Source: a virus (Duplodnaviria; Caudoviricetes). From it: a stretch of DNA of 62,122 nucleotides. This document shows, piece after piece, positions 47,402 to 56,819 of the stretch. Where the stretch lies: IMG/VR virus record IMGVR_UViG_3300031152_000001, positions 1 to 62,122 of that record; one strand, 5' to 3'. The translations under genes and the position numbers were made by a program. Below the pieces are notes generated by a model. It did no database searches. It was not told where the DNA came from and saw only the letters and a list, made by a program, of their open reading frames with translations. Position 1 is the stretch's first letter; each line of letters starts with the position of its first letter.

Positions 47402-48192
47402 AGCTGCACCGCCCGGGTGTAAGCGTGATGGGTGAGGATCGACTTCTGCCATGCGCCGTACCGGCCGATGGGGATGAACCTGGCGCCTAGCTCCCCTTTA
47501 CGGTAGCAGTCACAGTCGGTGGAGATCGGCTTGGTGACCTGTGCGACGCCGGGAATCGGTGGCTTGCTACGGCCCGGCCACTCCATCGTCGCGTGCCCAT
47601 AGACGTTGGAGGCGCGGTACCAGCCGACGTCACGGGTTCCATTGCACTCCACCGTGTTCTCGGCCGGACGGTAGGGCACCGTCTGCCCGCGGTCCGGCGC
47701 GTCACCGATCGCCCAGACCTGGACCGAATGGAACTGGTGCCGCCGGTAGCAGATCCGGTCCAGCGGGATCGAGCTGAGCACAATCCGGAAGTCCCGGAAT
47801 GGGGTATGGCCGATCGGCGCACCCAACTCGACATTCTCCACAATCTCCTCGTACCGGGACCAGGCAGCATCATACGTCACACGTAGGTCCCAACCCAGGT
47901 GCTCAGAGTCGAGTGCTTCCACTGAGGTGTTTACAGGGTTAGCTCCGTACACCTTCTCGCGGTACTCGTCCACCGAGCCGGTCAGGACGTACTTGAGGTT
48001 GACCGGCTCCGCGTCGTCCGGCGTCAGCCTCGGGATTGGCACGTGCAGGTACTGCGCGCCGTACAGGTGGGACTTGCGCCTCTTGCTGAAAACCGTTACG
48101 TCCCAACCGTTCTGAATTAGCGCGTGCGCTGCGAACAGTCCGGCCGGTCCGCAGCCGAGCACCGCTGCCCGCTTGGGTCCGAAGAGTCTCAT
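47398..48192 (-). CDS. FAD-dependent oxidoreductase-like (UDP-galactopyranose mutase-type fold)
   Basis: GCGPAG, GAQYLH, SSIP, GRYGAW. Confidence 0.75.
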   Translation of the reverse strand: MRLFGPKRAAVLGCGPAGLFAAHALIQNGWDVTVFSKRRKSHLYGAQYLHVPIPRLTPDDAEPVNLKYVLTGSVDEYREKVYGANPVNTSVEALDSEHLGWDLRVTYDAAWSRYEEIVENVELGAPIGHTPFRDFRIVLSSIPLDRICYRRHQFHSVQVWAIGDAPDRGQTVPYRPAENTVECNGTRDVGWYRASNVYGHATMEWPGRSKPPIPGVAQVTKPISTDCDCYRKGELGARFIPIGRYGAWQKSILTHHAYTRAVQL

Positions 48193-48629
48193 AGTTCGTA
48201 TCCACTCACTCCGGCAGCATCGAAATTGTGCCGCTCCTCTTCCGCAGCAGTCTGAGCCTCAGCCTCTGCGGCGTTCCAGCGCGCTACGGCCTCGGCGCGG
48301 ATTTCGTCCACGGAGGGGCTGTAGGGGTTAGTCACGATGGCCAGCACCCAGGCAAGCTCAGCGGCGCGGTACCGGTCACCGCCGTCCTCCGCGTCGGACT
48401 GAGTCATTAGTCCTTCCATCAGCCGATCCATCTCAGACCATAGCGCCTCAAGAAGCGTCGGCCCTCCGTAGATCGGCCGGAGGTCCGGCCGGTGCAGCTG
48501 CGTGGTGTGAATGCTTACCGGGGTGCTGTCCGGCGTCTGTAGCTGAAGCGCCTGCTCTGCGGTTGTGGCAGCACCAATGATCCCATAGGTCTGTTGGTTA
48601 GCAACAAAGATGGTTTCAGTGTTTCCCAC
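48189..48629 (-). CDS. Hypothetical protein
   Basis: 146 aa, coupled. Confidence 0.6.
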   Translation of the reverse strand: MGNTETIFVANQQTYGIIGAATTAEQALQLQTPDSTPVSIHTTQLHRPDLRPIYGGPTLLEALWSEMDRLMEGLMTQSDAEDGGDRYRAAELAWVLAIVTNPYSPSVDEIRAEAVARWNAAEAEAQTAAEEERHNFDAAGVSGYEL

Positions 48630-48752
48630 CGTTGTCCTCCCAAACCGCCTGCTCTAGCTCGATCTCCTCCAAGCATTCCGTGACGTCCTCGGGATCCTCG
48701 CCCAACTGCTGGGAGATCTCTTCGATCCAGCGCTCTCGTTCTTCCAAGAAGC

Positions 48753-48977
48753 TCATCCGCGGGCCTCCCCGTGGTCGTGGTCGTACTTGCGGGGGTAGAG
48801 CCGGTGCATTGCCTCGTGGTAGGACCGCCACTCCTTGGGAGCATGCAGACGCCGCTCGCCTGCGTCCGGCTCCACGGTGAACTCCATCCTGAGATCGTCC
48901 TCGTGTCGGTTCTCCAGGTGCTTCATCAGCGTCTCGTCATCCATGACTTGCACAGAGACGACGCGTATGCTTTCCAT
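48753..48977 (-). CDS. His-rich small protein
   Basis: HxxxRH...HEAMH...HDH; SAS upstream. Confidence 0.6.
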   Translation of the reverse strand: MESIRVVSVQVMDDETLMKHLENRHEDDLRMEFTVEPDAGERRLHAPKEWRSYHEAMHRLYPRKYDHDHGEARG

Positions 48978-49034
48978 TCCGGTCCCTTCGGTTCTCCTCA
49001 GGCTACGCCGGACATTACATTGCCGCTACGGGCA

Positions 49035-49066
49035 GAGGGGGCAGCCCCGCTAACGGCTGCCCCCTC
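49035..49066. terminator. Hairpin after SSB
   Basis: GGGGGCAGCC/GGCTGCCCCC. Confidence 0.6.
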
Positions 49067-49090
49067 CCTTACCAACGCCCGGAGAAAGGT

Positions 49091-49630
49091 CTAGAAGGGC
49101 GCGTCCCCATCGACCGGAGGCGCATCATCCGCGTCGTCGTCCACGGCGATGTAGCCGTTGAAGCCGACCTGGATCTGGGGGTCCGGGTACTCCTTCGTGG
49201 TCTTCTTGCGAACCACGTTGATGTACACCATCAGGCCCTTGGGGTCACCGACCGAACCCAGCTTGGTGATGTAGCCCTTCTCGTCCACGATCGCGCCACC
49301 GATCAGATCGGAACCGACCGCACCGATCGAGTCCAGGAAGTTGGCGACACGCTCCCTGGTGCTGTCCATGATCGGCAGGTGATCCCAGATCGGCGCGCCG
49401 TCGTAGGTCTCGTGGTTCGGCATCCACGAGCCGTCCAGCGTGGCGAACACCACCACCTTGTCGTTACCGGCCGAACTCTTGTCCTGCTTCAGGGACTGCA
49501 GGACGAACCGGTAGGTTCCGGCGGTGGGCAGCGGTCCGCTGTACCGGCGCTGCGTCTCCTGCCGTTCCGCGCCGTCGATGTCTTCCGCGGTGAGCGGCTT
49601 GTCGCCCGCACCCCATGTTGCCTTCGGCAT
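49091..49630 (-). CDS. ssDNA-binding protein (DUF669-like)
   Basis: GTY...SSAGN motif, acidic tail ending PF, next to Sak4-like ATPase. Confidence 0.7.
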   Translation of the reverse strand: MPKATWGAGDKPLTAEDIDGAERQETQRRYSGPLPTAGTYRFVLQSLKQDKSSAGNDKVVVFATLDGSWMPNHETYDGAPIWDHLPIMDSTRERVANFLDSIGAVGSDLIGGAIVDEKGYITKLGSVGDPKGLMVYINVVRKKTTKEYPDPQIQVGFNGYIAVDDDADDAPPVDGDAPF

Positions 49631-49680
49631 TCAGTCTCTCCTCTGTCAATCCCAAGTGCCGCAGCACTATCCGGGAAGGA

Positions 49681-50556
49681 CTACCGGCGCGCTGGTGCGC
49701 GTCGGGTACGACCGCCCCTTGCAGGTGCGGCCGCAACCGGCTCCACGATCGGAGCCGGAGCTTGGTCTGGATCTGCGTCGTCAATGATCTTCAGGATCTC
49801 GGGCAACGACAGATCATCGGTGTATCGGTTGAGCGCGTTGAACTGGTCCTTGGCGAAGAAAGTGGTCTCCGTCTTGGGATCCCGCGTCGACTGCCAAAGG
49901 ATCCGCCGGACCGGCACCGGACCGTCATCGGTCACCTTCACCCTCGGCGACATGAAGCCTACCGCGTGCATCAGCCCGCAGATGTACTGCGAGACCTCAA
50001 AGCCCTTGCCCTGGATCGCGGGGTACACCAGCGGCTCGCCGGTTGACTTGTCCTCGGGATACATGGCGTGCGCCGTGTAGAGGACGTTGCAGGGCAGATC
50101 GATCAGCCGGGACACCCAGCTCTTCAAGAAGTTCTGGGCGTTGAAGTAGTCCGGCTTGTCGGGCAGATTCCTGTGCGCTCGTTTGGCGGGGTTGGCATCG
50201 AACGCCTCTGCCGCGTAGTTCAGCAGGAACTTGTTCTGCATCGTCCCCAGACCGTCAGCCACGATCCAGTCGTACTGTCGGGCGTTGCCGTCCTCCAGCC
50301 AGGCCGCAGCCGCAGTAGCCGTTGCGGTGTCCGGGATGATCCGGGCCTTGCCTCGCGCGCCGAGCCTCGCCGCGCTGATGTAACCGGGCTCGCCAGCGAG
50401 GAACAGCAGCCGCCCCGGGGCGGTGCCCGCCAGCACTGTCTTTCCAACGCCGGACCCACCGTACACCAAGATGTTCTTGTACTCAGCGGCACCGTCCAGG
50501 TCGAACATTCCAGCCTCGAAGTCGGCTGTGGTCATGCCGTCCTTCTCAGTCGCCAT
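49681..50556 (-). CDS. AAA_24/Sak4-like ATPase
   Basis: YGGSGVGKT, IVADG, TAH, AKD. Confidence 0.8.
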   Translation of the reverse strand: MATEKDGMTTADFEAGMFDLDGAAEYKNILVYGGSGVGKTVLAGTAPGRLLFLAGEPGYISAARLGARGKARIIPDTATATAAAAWLEDGNARQYDWIVADGLGTMQNKFLLNYAAEAFDANPAKRAHRNLPDKPDYFNAQNFLKSWVSRLIDLPCNVLYTAHAMYPEDKSTGEPLVYPAIQGKGFEVSQYICGLMHAVGFMSPRVKVTDDGPVPVRRILWQSTRDPKTETTFFAKDQFNALNRYTDDLSLPEILKIIDDADPDQAPAPIVEPVAAAPARGGRTRRAPARR

Positions 50557-50847
50557 CAGCGACCCGCTTTGAACTGGAAAGTCTTGGGATCCAGCAGATC
50601 AAGCTTCACCAGCATGTCACGGATGTCAACCCGCATGGTGCCGTACGTCCCGTTGGCGTTCCGTCCCGTGGGAAGACCTGATTGGCGCTGCGCCCAGGAC
50701 AGAGATTCGTGATATCCGAATTCTTCCCATTGTGATATTACGGTGCTGAGTGCGTGGAAGGTGGCTCCAATCATGCGATCTCGCTCGCACTGTGCCTCAC
50801 GCTCCAAGCGCGCTATTTGGCCCTTCAGCTCTTGGATCTCTTCACGC

Positions 50848-51096
50848 CTAGTCGCCATCTTTGTACCCCAGCCCCCTACGCCGCACGACTTCGCTGGCCC
50901 GAACCATGGCAGAAGCATGACCCTCGGCCTGGTACATGGCAGCTCGTACGGCCTGCTCCATCGACAGGCCATTGGTCTCACGATTGCTGGTTCCGCGACT
51001 CTCTCCCGGAACCATGCCGGAGCAGACGAACTTGCCCGACGACTTGACTTCCCAGGTAACCGTAACGGTGACCTGATAGTCCTCCCAGATCGGCAT
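50848..51096 (-). CDS. Hypothetical protein
   Basis: 82 aa, coupled. Confidence 0.45.
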   Translation of the reverse strand: MPIWEDYQVTVTVTWEVKSSGKFVCSGMVPGESRGTSNRETNGLSMEQAVRAAMYQAEGHASAMVRASEVVRRRGLGYKDGD

Positions 51097-51353
51097 CAGC
51101 GCACGCCCCAGCGACGGATCCGCTCCTGGATGAACAGGTGCATCTCGTTGTAGGTCACGCCGTCACGTCGGAGCTTCGGAGACTCGCCCCGGATCGCACG
51201 CAGCGAGGAGAGCACACCGTCCCAGTCGCCGCCATTCGCCTGCAGCTCTTTCTCGATCAGGTCGAAGGCGAGGTACACCGCCGCAAGCGGCGCATTCCCG
51301 AATCTGACGCCCATGTTCCTGGGCGCAACAAACCTACCATTTACTACCGGCAT
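51096..51353 (-). CDS. Hypothetical protein
   Basis: 85 aa, GAGGGAC RBS. Confidence 0.5.
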   Translation of the reverse strand: MPVVNGRFVAPRNMGVRFGNAPLAAVYLAFDLIEKELQANGGDWDGVLSSLRAIRGESPKLRRDGVTYNEMHLFIQERIRRWGVR

Positions 51354-51429
51354 TTCACCAGTCCCTCTTGTTGGGGAGCAGATGCTCTTGGCCTTGATTA
51401 GGTGATACTACTCGTCGCGCCGACTGCCG

Positions 51430-52572
51430 CTACTCGTCGGTGCTCTTGCGGTGATCCGCGTAGGGATCGCGCTGTCTGAATGCGATCCGGCGTAGCTCCT
51501 GCCAGGTGCCCCCACGGTCCTCCAGCTCGCACATCGCGAAGAACTGGCACTCTCGATGGCAGGCGTAGTTGGGGCTCTTGATCAGCGGCAGCAGACCGTC
51601 CCGCACCGCCTGCATGTGCACTGCTTCATCCTGGATCCGCCGGAGCTGGATGGTCCGCTCTGTCGAGGTTCGGTGCACCAACTCCCGCTGGAACAACGGA
51701 GCCGGTTGGACCTTGGAGCGCTCGCCCAGTACCGTGATCCCGCGGGAGGCAGCAAGCTCTTCCAGCTTCGCAATCGTCGGGAGCTTCGCAGTTGATGCTT
51801 CAAGTGGCGAGAGCCCGAGTGCCCGGGCATAATCCGCCTTGACGGGCTTGTTGGTGGCGTAGCCGTCAGGATCGAGCGGCCGTGTGTCCGGCAGGCCCTT
51901 CCGAAGGAAGTTGTAGTTGATGCCGCTGATGTTCTCCTTCAGCCCGATCAGTCCCTGCTTCCGCAGCGTCGCCGTGGCCACCGCCCAGTAGCTCCCGGCC
52001 TGGTTGTCGAGCGTCAGGTGTCCGGTCTGAATCGACTTGGCCGTCTTGGTCTCCAGCAGCTCGATCCGCCCGGTGCGAAGGTCGCGGTACACACCGTCAT
52101 AGGTGCCCTTGTAGACCACGATCGGGCCGGAGTCGCTGTCCACCTCATAGATGCCCTGTCGGTTGTCTTCCGGCTTGGGCCACGGGATGTCGAGCGAGAA
52201 CTGTTGCTCCGCCTGGATAAAGTCCCAAGCCGGATCCAGTCCCCAGTGCTTGACGTACTCCTCCAGCAGGGTCACGCCCAGGGTTGCCGCGTCCTCCCAC
52301 TGCGCCACCGTCGCTTCATCGGTCTCCGTAACCACCTTCACAGTGCGCATCGCTTCTCCAGCGAGTTCGGTGAAGGTCTGCGCCGGATGGATGCCGCGCT
52401 TGACGCCGGGGATGTACCACGCCGCCAGCGCGGCGTGCGTGATGGTTCCGAACCAGAACGGCGTGGACTCAGCACCGATCGGCACCAGGCCCTCCCGGTA
52501 CGCCCACCACCACTTGCGCGGGCAGCGCTCCCAGGTGCTCCGCTCCGAGGTCCGCAGGATCGGCGCAGTCAT
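51430..52572 (-). CDS. PD-(D/E)XK / Cas4-like exonuclease
   Basis: RTSER..CPR, GTITH, GTYD...LETKT, Q...Y, C...C.....C. Confidence 0.85.
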   Translation of the reverse strand: MTAPILRTSERSTWERCPRKWWWAYREGLVPIGAESTPFWFGTITHAALAAWYIPGVKRGIHPAQTFTELAGEAMRTVKVVTETDEATVAQWEDAATLGVTLLEEYVKHWGLDPAWDFIQAEQQFSLDIPWPKPEDNRQGIYEVDSDSGPIVVYKGTYDGVYRDLRTGRIELLETKTAKSIQTGHLTLDNQAGSYWAVATATLRKQGLIGLKENISGINYNFLRKGLPDTRPLDPDGYATNKPVKADYARALGLSPLEASTAKLPTIAKLEELAASRGITVLGERSKVQPAPLFQRELVHRTSTERTIQLRRIQDEAVHMQAVRDGLLPLIKSPNYACHRECQFFAMCELEDRGGTWQELRRIAFRQRDPYADHRKSTDE

Positions 52573-52711
52573 CGTCGCTTCTCATTCCAATAATGGAGCG
52601 TCTTGCTCCAGTACTTGGGGTGCTCCCATTCGGCGCAGTACGGGAAGTCCACTCGACTCCGGTCGTGCTGCAGCTGTTTCAGCACCCGCCTTGCGTCTAG
52701 CAGGAGAGGCT

Positions 52712-52924
52712 TCACGGCAAGACGCCAGCCTTGATGAGACCGAGGACGAACAGGAACGTGCCCATTCCAACGAGGACCAACGATCCCATGATGATGGCGA
52801 CCGGTGCCCACAGCGGCCCTGCAGATTGGCGAGCGTTGGAACGAGCCTGCTTCCTGGCCCACTCCTGCACCTCATCCGACGGCGGCACGGTGTCAGTGTC
52901 ATAGATGCTGTTGAGGAAGTCCAC
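52712..52924 (-). CDS. Small membrane protein
   Basis: C-terminal TM; SAS plus GTTCGTAGGAATTG upstream. Confidence 0.6.
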   Translation of the reverse strand: MDFLNSIYDTDTVPPSDEVQEWARKQARSNARQSAGPLWAPVAIIMGSLVLVGMGTFLFVLGLIKAGVLP

Positions 52925-52982
52925 GATCTTGGTCCCTTCGACAATTCCTACGAACTAGGTTCCGGTAGATTGGAAACCTACG

Positions 52983-53095
52983 TGACGAGGGGCGGAGTTG
53001 AACCACCTGTCTCCAGGGCTCTCAGAGGGTTGGCGAACACCGAAGTGCTTCCCAGATTCCCTTGGCCCGGTGCCTTTCCCTTAGGCCACCTCGCC
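52983..53095 (-). ncRNA. tRNA-like RNA with anticodon arm replaced by long UUCG-capped hairpin
   Basis: GGCGAGG-TG-GCCT AAGGGAA AGGC...GGTGG TTCAACT CCGCC-CCTCGTC-A; insert GCAC TTCG GTG. Confidence 0.7.
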
Positions 53096-53130
53096 TTGCG
53101 CCGCTTAGGGCGGCCAGTCCTGGTGCTGGT

Positions 53131-53670
53131 TTAGAACGGGGCCTCTGCGGCGGCCGGAGCGGCGGCAGCGGCCGGGGCACGACGGGCCGGAGCACGCCGG
53201 GCGGCCGGACGCGCGGCCGGAGCCACCGCGGGAGCAGCCGGAGCCGGAGCGGCCTTGGCGGGCTTGGCCGCTTTGGCGGGCTTGGGGACCGCTGCCGGGG
53301 TGGCCTGCTCCGCGGGAGCCGCTGCGGCGGCTTCCTTCTCGGCCGCCTTGGCCGCCTTGGCCGCCGCACGGGCCTCCGCTGCCGCTTCACGCTCGGCGAT
53401 CGCCGCGAGGCGCGCCTGCTCGCGCTCCTCACGCTCGGCCGCCGTGGCGTCGCGGTTGGTGGTGGACGCCTGGAACGGGATCCGGAGCGCCACGGCGAGC
53501 CGCACACCCTCGCGGAACGCCTCTTCCTTGGTCTTGGCGGTGGCTGGCGCGTAGCCGACCTCATCGCTCACCAGGAAGTCCGCGAAGCGGGACTGCAGCG
53601 ACGTGGGCGCCTGGCCGACGGCGTACGTGTAGTCTGGCTCCACCCACTCTTCGGCGGTTTCGTCACTCAT
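53131..53670 (-). CDS. Protein with Ala/Lys/Pro-rich histone-H1-like tail
   Basis: AAKAAKAA, PAKAAKPAKAA, PAARRAPARRAP. Confidence 0.7.
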   Translation of the reverse strand: MSDETAEEWVEPDYTYAVGQAPTSLQSRFADFLVSDEVGYAPATAKTKEEAFREGVRLAVALRIPFQASTTNRDATAAEREEREQARLAAIAEREAAAEARAAAKAAKAAEKEAAAAAPAEQATPAAVPKPAKAAKPAKAAPAPAAPAVAPAARPAARRAPARRAPAAAAAPAAAEAPF

Positions 53671-53763
53671 TGGAGTCTCCTCTTTTATGCGAATGTGACA
53701 GGCTCACGAGCCTCAACTGGTTGAGCTTACTACGCCAGACGGCGCTGCCGATAATGCTCTGCG

Positions 53764-53934
53764 TTATCGCTTGAAGGTGATCCGGTTAAGCGTTACAGTC
53801 CCGTTACGGAGACCGCGCTGATACTGTTGCTGCTCCACAAAATCGGCTTCCGCCTCCTCAACGCCGGACTCCCAGCGCCGTCCGATCAGGAAGCCGAAGT
53901 AGCCTGCGAAGCAGACGACGATGGTTGCGATCAC
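53764..53934 (-). CDS. Small membrane protein (56 aa)
   Basis: GTG start overlapping helicase stop; IATIVVCFAGYFGFLIG. Confidence 0.5.
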   Translation of the reverse strand: MIATIVVCFAGYFGFLIGRRWESGVEEAEADFVEQQQYQRGLRNGTVTLNRITFKR

Positions 53935-55970
53935 GACTTCACGAACTCCTTTGCCCGCCTTGCGATCTGTTGCGCGTTCAAGATCTTCAGACCGAGCCGC
54001 TTGGCCTCCGCGTTGGCAGCAGCGATGTGCTCCTCCAGCGTCCCCGCGGACCGCAGGTAGTAGTAGCTCCTGGGGGCAATCCGGCGCTCCGGCTGGCGGT
54101 TGTCGATCCGGCCCTCAACCTGCTCCTGCTCATCCGCCACGAAGGTCTCATCCAGGAACACCATCACGTCAGCGGCATCGAGCGTGATCGAGCTGCCGCC
54201 TGCTTTCGTGTTGAGGAACATGATGTCGAGCGGGCTATCGGCATCTTCAAACCGGTCCACGGTCATGGTGCGGTTAGAGGAGGTCTGCTCGCCGGTCAGC
54301 ATCCCGATTCGCTTGGTATCTAGCTTCAGGTCCTTACGAACGCCATCGGCGAACGCGTTGAGCAGCTTGGTGAACTGTGACACCACTATGATCTTAGTGG
54401 ACGGCTTGTCGGGCAGCCCCATCGAGGTAAGGAACTCCACCAGCCACTCGTACTTGTTGCCCTTGGCCAACGGAACCATCTGTCCGCCATGGTAGGTCCA
54501 CTCCGCGCTGGCGAACTGGCGGAGCCGGGTCAGCTCTGCCAAGGTACCGATCGGGTTGACGTCTCCACCGGCGAGCGTCGCGCTCCCAGTCTTCTCCATC
54601 TCACGGTAGGTCTGCTCCTGACTTCTCGTCATCGGCAGGTATATGCCCTCAGTCAGCCCGTCTCGGTCCTGATCGACGTTGGACGGGTAGCTCTTGGCCG
54701 GGAGGTCTCCACGGACCTCATCACGGGTCCGCCGGAGCATGACATCAGTCAGCTCCGAGAGCATCAGCGCTTCGCGCTCCTCCATGAAGCCATCCTGCAC
54801 GATCTCATAGCCGGAGTAGCCACCAGTCTTCCAGTAGTTCTGGATCCAGCGCCACTTACCGCTCCAGCGTACAGGATCGAGCCAGTTGAGAGTGCTCCAG
54901 AGCTGATGCGGCTTGGACCGGAACGGCGTTCCACTCATCGCCAGCCGCAGCCCGCCCGGGGGCACGAGGTCCCGCAACATCTCCATCCCGCGACGCTGTA
55001 GGTTTGGCGTGCCGGTCAGCCGGATCAGGATCTGGTCTGACTCGTCCGCCACCACAGCGCCCCATTCAATCGAGAACAACTGCGGGAAGGTGTGGTCGTC
55101 CTCCACCCGGGTGCGAGCTGGACCTTGCGTGCGCTTCTCATGTCCGCAGTTCAGCTCCGGTACCGGGCCAACCTTGTACTTGGTCTTGGCGCCGCAAACG
55201 GAAACCTCTCCGGCCACGTCAGTCTCAAGCTCCTGGCAGACGAACCACGTCTGAGTACGTACCATGGCCGGGTGGACTACAACCCATGTACGTCCCTGAG
55301 AAGCGCGATGTTCATCCACGAGCCTTGCGGACAGGTGTGCATCCTGCCCGTCATAGACCTTCGGTCCGTATACCAGGTTCCAAAGGATCTCGTCACGCTT
55401 GGCGCGTCCATCCGGAAGAGTGATGACCTCATCCTCGGGCAGCCACTTGCGGATCTCCTTGGCCCAGGTGCTCTCCGCTGCCGTCTTGGGGCAGACGATC
55501 AGGAACGGTCCCGTGATCCCAATCTCCAGGATCGCACCAAGAGCCTGGGCCGACTTGCCGAGTCCGACTGTGTCCGCCAGCAGGGCGCGCTTCCGGCCGT
55601 CACGCCCCTCGGTGTCCGCGATGTACCGGACGCCGGAGCGCTGATACCGGCGCGTGTCCATGGCCTTAAACAGCTGCGGAGCGACCTCGGGGAGTCGGGA
55701 TAGGTCCGCGTCGTACGCACCGGCAGTCGCTTCCGCCTCAGCGCGCTTGGCCTTCTCGGCACGAGCCCAAATGGTCAGGCTCGGCCCGATCACCAATCGG
55801 TTTCCGAACTTCTCGCGGAGTAGCTGGCAGGTGGTGAGATCGAGCGGCACGCTCCAAACGCATTCACGGTCCCGGAAATACGCGCCGGGAATAGAGCCGT
55901 CCAGCATCAGGTGCGACTCGCTGGCCACCAATATCCGGTTCTTGGCACGCTCCACCCGGACGATCATCAT
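53931..55970 (-). CDS. SNF2-family helicase
   Basis: LADTVGLGKS, VADESD, SGTP, QVEGRIDNR. Confidence 0.88.
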   Translation of the reverse strand: MMIVRVERAKNRILVASESHLMLDGSIPGAYFRDRECVWSVPLDLTTCQLLREKFGNRLVIGPSLTIWARAEKAKRAEAEATAGAYDADLSRLPEVAPQLFKAMDTRRYQRSGVRYIADTEGRDGRKRALLADTVGLGKSAQALGAILEIGITGPFLIVCPKTAAESTWAKEIRKWLPEDEVITLPDGRAKRDEILWNLVYGPKVYDGQDAHLSARLVDEHRASQGRTWVVVHPAMVRTQTWFVCQELETDVAGEVSVCGAKTKYKVGPVPELNCGHEKRTQGPARTRVEDDHTFPQLFSIEWGAVVADESDQILIRLTGTPNLQRRGMEMLRDLVPPGGLRLAMSGTPFRSKPHQLWSTLNWLDPVRWSGKWRWIQNYWKTGGYSGYEIVQDGFMEEREALMLSELTDVMLRRTRDEVRGDLPAKSYPSNVDQDRDGLTEGIYLPMTRSQEQTYREMEKTGSATLAGGDVNPIGTLAELTRLRQFASAEWTYHGGQMVPLAKGNKYEWLVEFLTSMGLPDKPSTKIIVVSQFTKLLNAFADGVRKDLKLDTKRIGMLTGEQTSSNRTMTVDRFEDADSPLDIMFLNTKAGGSSITLDAADVMVFLDETFVADEQEQVEGRIDNRQPERRIAPRSYYYLRSAGTLEEHIAAANAEAKRLGLKILNAQQIARRAKEFVKS

Positions 55971-56042
55971 CAGGTCCCTTCGTGGTAAGCCCTCATCTTA
56001 CGCCAATGATGCCCCGGCCGGTAGCCGGGGCACCAAGATCCT

Positions 56043-56504
56043 TCAGTTCGCTACTGCGGCGAGCTTGGCCGGGCTGGTAGCAGCTTTCTTGGCTACCGGG
56101 CGACGCTTCCGGGCGGTGGGCCGCGCCGGTGCGGGCCGGAGCGCCGCACTCGCGATCGCCATCGGGAGGTCGATGATCACCGGGAAGAGGTAGGCGGTGA
56201 CGGCGTCCGCACCGTGCTCGGTCACCAGCTCCACCACGTGCCAGTAGCTCATCCAGGCCGCCACCGCGATCACCGGGACGATCGCCCAGCGGACCCAGCG
56301 GGGGTGCGTGGAGCCGTTCTCCAGCAGGTAGATCGAGCCGAGCAGCATCAGCGCCGGGAACCCACCGACTACCACACCGACCGGGGTGCCATCAGAAGCC
56401 ATCAGGTTCGCTGCGAGGGAAGCGGTAGCGCCAGTCAGGAATACGGTCATTGCGGCGATTCGGCCATTCCGGGCCTTGCGGGCGGTGGCGGAAAGCTTGG
56501 TCAT
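56043..56504 (-). CDS. DUF2637-like membrane protein
   Basis: SLAAN, AAWMSYWH, LFPVIID motifs. Confidence 0.7.
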   Translation of the reverse strand: MTKLSATARKARNGRIAAMTVFLTGATASLAANLMASDGTPVGVVVGGFPALMLLGSIYLLENGSTHPRWVRWAIVPVIAVAAWMSYWHVVELVTEHGADAVTAYLFPVIIDLPMAIASAALRPAPARPTARKRRPVAKKAATSPAKLAAVAN

Positions 56505-56554
56505 TTCAGGTCCCTTCGGTTTGGCGAGGCTCTCACCCCTCGCTTACAAACAGA

Positions 56555-56614
56555 ACTCTACGCCAAAAGATGGCGATTCGTCTACACGAATCGCCACCTT
56601 TTACAAGATTCTTT
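56555..56614 (-). promoter_or_regulatory. Promoter TAGACG-N18-TAGAGT overlapping a terminator-like hairpin
   Basis: AAAAGGTGGCGATTCG/CGAATCGCCATCTTTT inverted repeat with -35 across loop and stem. Confidence 0.6.
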
Positions 56615-56819
56615 ATTCCATTGTGACGGGTCTGTCCCAGATCCAATCACCCATCAGATCCTCGCCCTCCCATTCGGCTTGCTCGGCATCCATTCCCGTC
56701 AGCGCTTTTCGATTCTCATCCCAGATCGCCTGAATTCCGGCCTGCTTGATCTCTTCGGGATCATTGGTGCCGAACTCTTCCTGCTCGAATTGCTGCAGCA
56801 TCCGCTCCAGGCCGGGCAT
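56613..56819 (-). CDS. Small acidic protein
   Basis: 68 aa. Confidence 0.5.
   Translation of the reverse strand: MPGLERMLQQFEQEEFGTNDPEEIKQAGIQAIWDENRKALTGMDAEQAEWEGEDLMGDWIWDRPVTME

Noticed and set aside
51430-52572. CRISPR-Cas system suggested by Cas4-like nuclease
   Set aside because: No repeat-spacer array or other cas genes; context is the Sak4/SSB recombination module
27113-53095. Canonical tRNAs or tmRNA
   Set aside because: No 7-nt anticodon loops, no G3-U70 pair or tag ORF, and both have full D stems
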